Shown here piece by piece: positions 55,053-64,000 of a DNA stretch of 64,000 bases. Under the pieces are notes generated by a model that made no database searches, was not told where the DNA came from, and saw only the letters and a program-made list of their open reading frames with translations. Source of the DNA: Octopus vulgaris (Eukaryota). Location of the stretch: assembly GCA_951406725.2 (NCBI GenBank), contig OX597820.1, positions 91,388,001-91,452,000 on the forward strand. The letters run 5' to 3'. Numbering within the stretch: the first letter of the stretch is position 1; each line of letters opens with the position of its first letter. The position numbers were made by a program, and so were the translations under genes.

Positions 55053-56361
55053 CACTGAACTGCAAAAGAAACGCGAGACGTGTGTGACTGTAAAACATTT
55101 TTTAAATTCATTATGTCAGAGATAAATTTTGATAAATCTCGTAAAGTCAATTTATTAGATGCACTCTGACCACAGTCTATGAGTCGTTGTTATGTGTTCT
55201 GGTAGTGGACAGATCCAGCACATCGAGATTGTAGGGCATGTTGTGCACCATAACGTGTTTGCCCTCCCTAGTGTTCAAAATGTCCATACACCGTCGGTAC
55301 ATTGAGTACTTGAGGAGAAACACAAAAGCCATTGACATCTGAGCCTATAGCACCCCAAACCATGATGCTTTGGCCACCCCACGCGTCTCTTAGGATCTGG
55401 TCCATGTAGCACTGCACTGTGATACCATTCCCTCTGCCTGCACCAACATTTTGGAACACATGGGGCCTTGTTCTCTGATTCAGGCCTGTAGCACCCCAAA
55501 CCATGCTGCTTTGGTCATTCCACGCGTCTCTCTCCATGACACATGTGTCTCTATAGCGTTCATCCTTCCTACGCCACACTCTCACTCTACCATTCCAGGT
55601 GGAAACGCATTACCGACTCTTGTCAGAGAAGACTATCGACCTCCAGTGTTGATGCTTCCAATGTTAATGCTCTGTAGCCCACTGTAGTCGTGCCTGACAG
55701 TGGCGGGTGGTGAGTACAGACCCTCGAGGAAGACGATAGTAACGCAGATTGTTAGTGGCTAGTCGACGTCGTACAGAGTCGTCGCTGATGCATCGGTCTC
55801 CAGTGCCAATGGTCTGGCGAGCTGTCACGCTGACCGGTCTGAAGCGACCACGGAGGTGTTGCAAAGGGATGAAGTGGTCCTGACTGGGCGTGGTCACTCG
55901 AGGGCGCCCTCTGTGGGCACGGTATGCAGGGTTGTTAGTACTTTTGTATCATTTGCTGGCGATAAATAGTGCTGACATGAACATTCGAAAATTTCGCAAC
56001 AATCAGGGCACGCTGCCCTGCTTGCAATCGGTCGATCGCTTGTTCTCTCTGCTGTCTTTCGGATCATATCTGACGCGCCCAAATCACGAATGGTAGGAAC
56101 GAGGTTCAAGTTGATTCTTATACCCATAACCTCCACGAGATGCACGTACATATCAGTTTTCATGACAATTATTTGCGACTGCCACCGACAGCATTCAATG
56201 CAGCTGCATTTTGGCATCTTGTTTCAGGGAAAGTTGAAAAATTACTTGCAATTTGGGTCTTAGCCTTATACCAGCATGTCTTGGAATATTATCACTTACA
56301 TCTCCGGAGTAGATATTCAGAATTTACCATATAAAAATGACGTCTCTTTTGCGGTTCAGTG
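55053..56361 (-). mobile_element. Tc1-like transposon relic with both TIRs and TA TSDs
   Basis: TIR cactgaactgcaaaagaaacg (55053) and cgtctcttttgcggttcagtg (56341-56361). GRPRVTT, VRRRL, ARLQWA, VFSDKS, RVWRR and MVWGA motifs. Confidence 0.92.
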
Positions 56362-56899
56362 TATATGTGTTTATAAAATGTGTTTCAGCCGTAAACATTT
56401 CATATAACTAGTGGTACACTGTGCAGTATATTTTTCCTCTAATATTTGTAGGATGCCTTCCTGTATATCAGAGAATAGAGTTTCCTTGCAAATGAACTTA
56501 TTTCTCTTATTCATTTGCACTGTCTATACATCTTCGATCACTTCCACACACTTCGGTCAACTTTTCTCCGGTTACCGTGACGAAAGTTCCCTCTAAAGGT
56601 AAAAAGTGTAAAAACACCATATCTGCCCAGTGATTCCCTCTAGCGCATACCCAGACACGCGTTCCTGGTTCTTAAGCCTTCCTTAATGTGAAATACTGAA
56701 GAGAGATAACCCTGATATAATACACACAGCCACAATAAATGTAAATATCAACAACACAGGAAGAAATAAGTTTCACAAATAGGGTGTTAGCTCAACACTT
56801 ACTTTCATGGAGAAAAAAGAAAATCATCCTAACGTTGTGGACGTTACTACTTTATAAACGAGAGATAGAGAGAAGTATATAAGGAGTAAGGAAGAGAAA

Positions 56900-57710
56900 T
56901 AATCAGTTAAAAATAGCCGAGAACATCGTGTTAGAAATCAGGTGGCAATGCTCTTCTATGGGAGAGTTATGGAACAACGTGTGGGTGGCTTTAAAAATGC
57001 CAGTATCAGAGAATATCTTTTACTGAAATGAGCATAAGGGAAAGGGATGCCTATATGCTAAAGTGGTGTATGTATAGATCTATGTAAGTGTGGGCTACAC
57101 AGGCATTTGTTAGGATGTGGTGGATGATGATATATGTATGTGTAATATTTGGGTGGATTGTGTGAATCGCTATAAGCAAGAAGGTGAGAACGGTTGCATG
57201 TTTAAGAGAATAACGGCATTGATGAAGTACATAGGATCGTGAGAGAAATCTAGAAGGTGGTAATGTGTGAAAGTGTACAACAAAAGTAAAAATGAAATAG
57301 TTTTCCAGAAGACACTAAAATCTTAAACTGAAAATTGAAAATGAGAGAAAAAGTTATGAATTCTGCGACGAGAAAGCTCAAAGGAATTGCTAAAAGTTAC
57401 ACAACAATGGCAAAATTCTCAGGGCTTTGGCACAGTGTCATACGATGGTAAAACTTTGAGATATCTACAAAGAAGAAGCGGTATCTGTGATGAGGTTGCA
57501 GGCGAGATCCCATGAAGAAGAAATAACTGTGAGGGTAGGTGAAAAACCTGACGTAAGGTGTAGGATGCAAAAAATGGACGAAAATTTATTTTTCTGAGAG
57601 AAATTTGACAGTAAATAGGCGGAAAAAGCACAATAATTAAAGCATGTGGGGTTAGTAAGTTAACAAAGAGAGCGAAGAGATAAAACAGAAGTCCACAGCC
57701 AGACGTGCCA
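56900..57710 (-). mobile_element. Decayed CR1/Jockey-type LINE remnant
   Basis: - strand NFRPF (NYRPI-like), DISK (DISKAFD-like) and a downstream LFHNSP segment resembling LWNSLP. Confidence 0.4.
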
Positions 57711-57835
57711 GAGCTTAACAGAATGCTTGTGAGAGTGTGTGTGTGTATGTGTGTGTGCGGTTGAGTGGGTATGTGTGAATATGTGTCTGTACCGAGTGAG
57801 AGGCAGAGGGGAAAGAGAAAGATGTATGCATCCAA

Positions 57836-57901
<66 letters not shown>

Positions 57902-58053
57902 GTGTGTGTGTATGTGTGTGTGTGTGTGTGTAGGGAAATATAACATGATTTTATGTGATACACAATAAAATGCACATGTATTATCGTCGCGTATATTTCT
58001 GACAGCTTTACCCTGCTCTTTGCTCTATATTTCTTTGTCGCAATTGCTTACAG

Positions 58054-58090
<37 letters not shown>

Positions 58091-59648
58091 TTTCAATGAA
58101 TTACGTTCGCGCAGTATTGGCACAGTTATCAATTGTCTTTGCTATATGAAAATAAATAGATTATTTTATGAAGTCCAATGAATGAAAGAAAATTGTATCC
58201 TTACGAGATTTGAGCGCAACAAACCTGATTCCACCTATTCATCCTAGGTGAATATTATTTATTCATAGATAAATATAACAATCATGTAATGTCAGAAAGA
58301 GTCGTGAACCAGACCAAACGCTTTGTCAGGCTACGTTGGAGTTCACTCATCCAGTATTGATAAAATAAGTGCCTGTAGTGTATTGACATTCATTCCTTCG
58401 ATAACAAAATCCAAAGAACATGCTCCAAAATGAGAAATTATAAGACAATTCTCCCTAGAATCAAACCTGTTCTTTAAAGCGAAATAAAATTTATTAATAG
58501 TAAAAGCATTTCAGAATGTCTGACTTCTGGTTGCTTTAAATCCAGGTGACAATATATGAGATATCTCCAAAGATGAAGTGAAACCATTGTTATGTACTTA
58601 GATTTACAGTGCAGAAATTCAGTACTGATTTTCTGTGTTCTGATTCTATCGATCAACATCTCGTGAGCAAAATTGCGGACATGTTTTTCTCATTTTGTAC
58701 TTCATATAAACATACGCATAATATTAATATCCGGTCTTGTCCCTCATTTTCGTTTTAAAAATAGAATCTCAATGTGTAAATCCCATCCATTAAAGTTATT
58801 TATACGCTAGATATTCTTTGTGTTAATCATAATACAATATAAAGTTAAAGCATGCTGCGTATATCCTTACATCAAACTACATAGATTCTTTGGTTATAAT
58901 ATTATTGGAATTAAGCTATTACCTTTAGCTTTTTATGTATTTGAACTCTTGTATGTATTAGAAATGTTCGAAATGCAACTAATTCAAGCGGCCTATCAAC
59001 AATGAATAATATAATCTCACATAAACTATCATTCTTCGAAATATACTTGTACACCATGGCAAGAACAATTAGGATTGTTTTAATAAAACAACTCACTATG
59101 GAAAACTGAACATAATAAGAATTAATCCACGATTATATTTTACAAATTCCAATGCACTGTCATAAATAACTTTATTTTATTTTATTTTATTTTATTTGAC
59201 TCATTAAAATAACGAAAATACGTCGCTTAGTGCAACTAACTAGAAATAAGTGAAATGATATTAAACCAAGCACTGTTCTTTAACCAAGCAATGTATAGTT
59301 GTATATATCATACATTAGGTAGAAAAATAAATCGACAAATATGAAATGCATATACATTTCATGCTTGTATATCTCTGCTGATCATAGAACCAAATTTTTG
59401 ATTTCGCTGCGTTTAAAGTACGTCATTGCATTATACAGAACACATATAACTTAGAAGTATAGAAACATCGTATTAAGTATTTCGTGCTACTGCTTATAAC
59501 AAATAAACTATAAAACTATTAACAGGAGCAAAAATTGACCAACTCTCTTAACAAAATTAATAATGCGATTATACATGATGCATAGAATATAAATATTTGA
59601 ATCATTATTTTATAATCATTAGACTGCTAATAAATGTGTGCAGATAGG

Positions 59649-59861
<213 letters not shown>

Positions 59862-60980
59862 CGGGAATATTATTGTTTGTTATAACATTTAGCATATTTT
59901 TTAGTGAATGCACATTATTAAATCAGAGTATTAACTTTAAATATGACATAGCTACCAGTCACTGTACTTCTTTGATATTTTCGTAATATTCCACGATAAT
60001 GGAACACAAACATACTAATAAAAGTACACATCAATAACATGACTTCCTAAAAGTCATGTTTACCTGTGACCTGCTTTATACCAGTTTGCGGCTTACACTT
60101 GATACCTTCTAGGAAGAGTAGTTATGCTATACTTAGCATTAGCAAATCATTGAACAGTATCCAACATAATAATTTCCTAATTTTTTGTTAACGTATGAGC
60201 TTCATCTATTTCGCATCGTTTGGATTAGACTCTCTCTATCACACCGTTCAACTATAAAAAACATTTGTATTAACTATTTGTGTATATCTCCCAAACTAAC
60301 CTTGTTGAGTATAAATGTCTACCCTCACTACTTAAAACACTATCTTATGAAGATGATAGCATCTTCTCCGTTTCCTCAGAAAGCCCACTAAATATCTCAC
60401 TAGCCCTGACACCATGCAACATTTGTCCGGATTCTGTCGGGTGAAAATCGATTTGTACATTTGATATCCTATTACAGATTATTCATTTCTCATAAGTTTC
60501 TTTTAAAAAAATATTTTTTGTTGACTGCCAGGCTTTTATACTTGAAATGTAAATTAATATGCATTTTGCTCCACAATCATGTTAATCTGATGTTCAATTT
60601 AGATAGAGCATTAATATTTTTATCTTTTATCCTTCTTTTTTAAGTAACTAATGCAGGATTTATAAATGTTAGTGGTTTATAATTTTCTTTACATTGTATT
60701 TTATATTGTCCGGAAACGTTATATTTCCTTCATCGTTCATAAAGATTAGCAGTAATTTTGACACAAAACGCTGCCCTAAACATTCATTTAATTCTTTCTC
60801 ACAGCAGTATAAGTTAGAAAAGTAGTAGTTAGAAATTTCCCTTCAGTCTCCATTTTCGAGTTATATAATATACCGATGACGATTCATGAGACTTGCACTC
60901 ATGGTTTCAAAGGAATTCCCTTTTGGTTAACATTGTTTATACATTTTATAACATTTATCGAGGGTTAAATAAATATATTA

Positions 60981-61212
60981 TATTTCTTCATTGCCCACAA
61001 GGGGCTAAACATAGAGGGGACAGACAAGGACAGACAAAGGGATTAAGTCGATTACACCGACCCCAGTGCGTAACTGGTACTTTATTTATCGACCCCGAAA
61101 GGATGAAAGGCAGGACCGACCTCGGCGGAATTTGACCTCAGAACGTAGCCGCAGATGAAATACCGCTAAGCATTTCGCCCGGCGCGCTAACATGTCTGCC
61201 AGCTCGCCGCCT
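60981..61212 (-). mobile_element. SINE family A, full length, with TSD
   Basis: Reverse complement of the 21.2 kb copy. TSD ttaaataaatatatta at 60965-60980 and 61220-61235 (23 bp with 2 mismatches). Confidence 0.93.
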
Positions 61213-61967
61213 TCGAAGTTTAAATAAATATATTAGCGTCATTGTGTTACTTCACTTCGCCATTTGTTACAAAGCAACAGACCGGATATAATGAAAGTCA
61301 TGAAACTGCACGTTATCAGATTAAATTTCAGTTAACCATTAAAAGTGTTATTTATTTAAGAGAGCTTCTTGTTGTGATAGAATATTTATCTAGCACCCTG
61401 TATTCCGAATGCCCCTTGGAATTGTTTATAAATAATGAAGTGTACCATTTTTCCTTAATTAAGTGCATGCTGAAGGAAAGTAATGCCGTTTTACTTTATA
61501 CATACCTTGGGATTCTATATTTGAAGTGTTTCACAAAATGTTAAATTCCACGAAGAGTTGATGCCTGAAGAAATTTAGAAAACTAAATTGAATATGTCGA
61601 TAAAAAGAAATTGCAATTAACGGTTTGGTTAAATAGACAAAAAAGCAAAGTTAAATAGATAAAAATGTTTCGATATAATTAAGTTGCAAACCAGTCGTAT
61701 ACAGTTTTCATTCAGTCGTTGCTCCAGCTTGAAAACGAAATTTAAACCTAGAATGCAAAACATGCAACTAATATAATTCTCTTTACAAACCATCGATTGA
61801 AGTTCTTTGACTGAAATTCGATCTTTTTGTTTACATTTCTTTTAATACTTTTCTCCTTCTTTCTCTTCTCCAATTCATTCTTATGTTTCTCTTTTATTGT
61901 TTATGCTTTTAGTCATATTTTACAAATTTGTGTGTCTTTTGTCTTTCCTTACTCTCTCTCTTTACAG

Positions 61968-61979
61968 GCTTGAACTGGG
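61968..61979 (+). other. Candidate 12-nt microexon (GCTTGAACTGGG)
   Basis: Strong acceptor tctttccttactctctctctttacAG(61967) after about 140 nt of pyrimidine-rich sequence; donor GG|GTAAGG (61980). Length is a multiple of 3 and it is open in phase 1 (xLNW) and phase 2 (LELG). Confidence 0.5.
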
Positions 61980-62799
61980 GTAAGGTTGTTAATTGTATGT
62001 TGCTTGATAATTGCAACGATTAAAGTTAGTTTATAATTGGTATGCATTCTCCTTATTAATCGACAGATTATAACAAAGGAAACGCTGAATCTTAGTGGAA
62101 CCTTCCTTTTTAAAGTTACAAAGGCTCTACTTTTCCTCATTTTCTCAGAAACAAGAATGCGTTTTCTTTTTTCCATTTGAAAAGTGAAAATAAAAAACCG
62201 CCTACAATAGCTAAATGAATAAACTGCCATTACTTTTGAGTTGAGCCGCATTTATACACGAACTAAAGAACGTAAATAGTGGGTGCAATATTTAAATCAA
62301 TTCCAACATTTTCGCATTTATACATTGTGCATGTTTGACTTCAAAGGAGTCTGTATATAGAACATATATTTAAATCAATATAATTAACATATTCTAAGGG
62401 GTGGTGACTTTCAATGTTTGACTTCTGAATGGTTAACCGCCACTATGCAGTATTATTAAGTGTATTATCCTATTATCGCATCCACCTGTCACAAGTAAGA
62501 CAGTTAATACTATGACGAATTAAATACGAGATAGGAGGGTTGAAATAATATGGTAACGAATAGAGGTTTGAGGTGTGGCATAGAGAAGTGTTTTTAGTGC
62601 ATTCTTAGAGAGGAGAGTGTTTCTCATATGTAAAGACGGAAACTGCTAGATTATCATATACTATAAAAGTCAAATATAAAATTAAATAAAAGTGTAAAAT
62701 GAGAGGAGGCAAAATATATAAATTTCAAATAAAAGTGAATCTATATTTTTCTCGCTTTTATTATCCGCCTCGTCTTACTTTTTGCTTATCTAACTGTTT

Positions 62800-62860
62800 A
62801 TCTATCAATCTATCTATCTATCTATTTATCTATATTTTTATCTCTCTATCTCTCTATCTC

Positions 62861-62923
<63 letters not shown>

Positions 62924-62962
62924 GTCTATCTATCTATGTATCTATCTATGTATCTGTCTATC
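62800..62962. repeat. (ATCT)n microsatellite
   Basis: Direct reading of the sequence. Confidence 0.95.
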
Positions 62963-63852
62963 AAAACGTGTGTGTATATATGTATGCATGTATGTGTATA
63001 TGTGTGTGTGTGTGCAATATGTATTGATATATACATGCGCTCATTTAGGTAATATGTCATTTTCAACTAGTTAACAGATTGTGCAATTATCTAAGTAAGT
63101 GCCTCAATAATCGTTAGCTAACTCAATCAATCTGTTGGTGAGTCAATATCCTCCCGTCACCATTCAAGATTTTATAAATGATGTAGCTCCGTAGCTATGG
63201 GTCTATCGACGTGTATCCAAAATATATAGTCTGAGTTTCGTTATAGCAGTAATAATTATGAAAGTTATATGCGTGTATGATTTCGAGCGTATGGGCGTAT
63301 GTACGTCTCTTTGAGATTCTACATTGTCTGTTATATTTTCTAGTACCTATATATATTTGGAGAGTACGTGCATAAATGCATTTGCATATCTATAGCATAT
63401 GTGATTAGCCTGTCTTTTACTCATTCGTGTGCATTAGAGCATTTACGCATGTCGTCATGCTTGTTTCTGGTATTCTTGTTTTTATCAAAATGAATTCATA
63501 AACTCAACCACATACATATATATTTATTCTCTCACACACATATCCACCTGCATGCATATGAATATATACACCTATACACATTTCACATATATACAATCAT
63601 ATACAACAAGCACGTGTAGAAGCTCCTCTCCATTTTTATGTCGTAGTCGATCCCTCTTCTAAGTCTATGTATGTATATTTATATGTGTGTATGTATACAC
63701 ACACACACCATACAAACATGTATATATATAACTGTGAAGGGCTGTGTTAAGCAGTGCCGATATTGACAATCCTGTAAATAATAATATATTATATTACAAG
63801 CTTAAAGAAAATAGCCTTATAACCACCCCTCGACGGAAAAAGTACGTTTTCC

Positions 63853-63925
63853 GTATGCATGGGACGCGAACCCACACCTCTTTCTGTAAGCGACTACGTG
63901 CGCTACCGATTACCCTAGCAAACAC
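63853..63925 (-). mobile_element. tRNA-like head (SINE head or tRNA pseudogene)
   Basis: - strand tagggtaatcggtag (A-box-like) and gtgggttcgcgtcccat (B-box/T-arm hairpin). No convincing acceptor or anticodon stem. Confidence 0.5.
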
Positions 63926-64000
63926 ACCTCTTTTTTTCTGTCAGATCTAAGAATTTTAATTACTTCCCAAAGTTCCTTGTTTCATAAGTATTTACGTGTA

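Overview
AT-rich, microsatellite-saturated eukaryotic (metazoan) DNA. It is most likely intronic or intergenic sequence of a coleoid cephalopod (Octopus-like); this is inferred from the style of the tRNA-derived SINE families and the repeat landscape, not proven. No intact protein-coding gene is visible, and most ORFs in the track are microsatellite translations or transposon debris. The window holds three tRNA-derived SINE families (several copies with target-site duplications), decayed R4/Dong-type LINEs sitting beside trinucleotide repeats, and older LINE remnants. It also has four mariner relics, one Tc1 relic, a non-autonomous Helitron and GIY-YIG fragments from two Penelope-like lineages. 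The most notable signals are (i) a dispersed set of minimal type I hammerhead-ribozyme motifs, including one with an intact core at 31470-31552 and an inverted pair at 7.1-7.3 kb, linked to Penelope-like elements, and (ii) a candidate 12-nt frame-preserving microexon at 61968-61979, plus a weaker small-exon candidate at 17959-17990. These candidates suggest the window may lie inside very large introns of a + strand gene.
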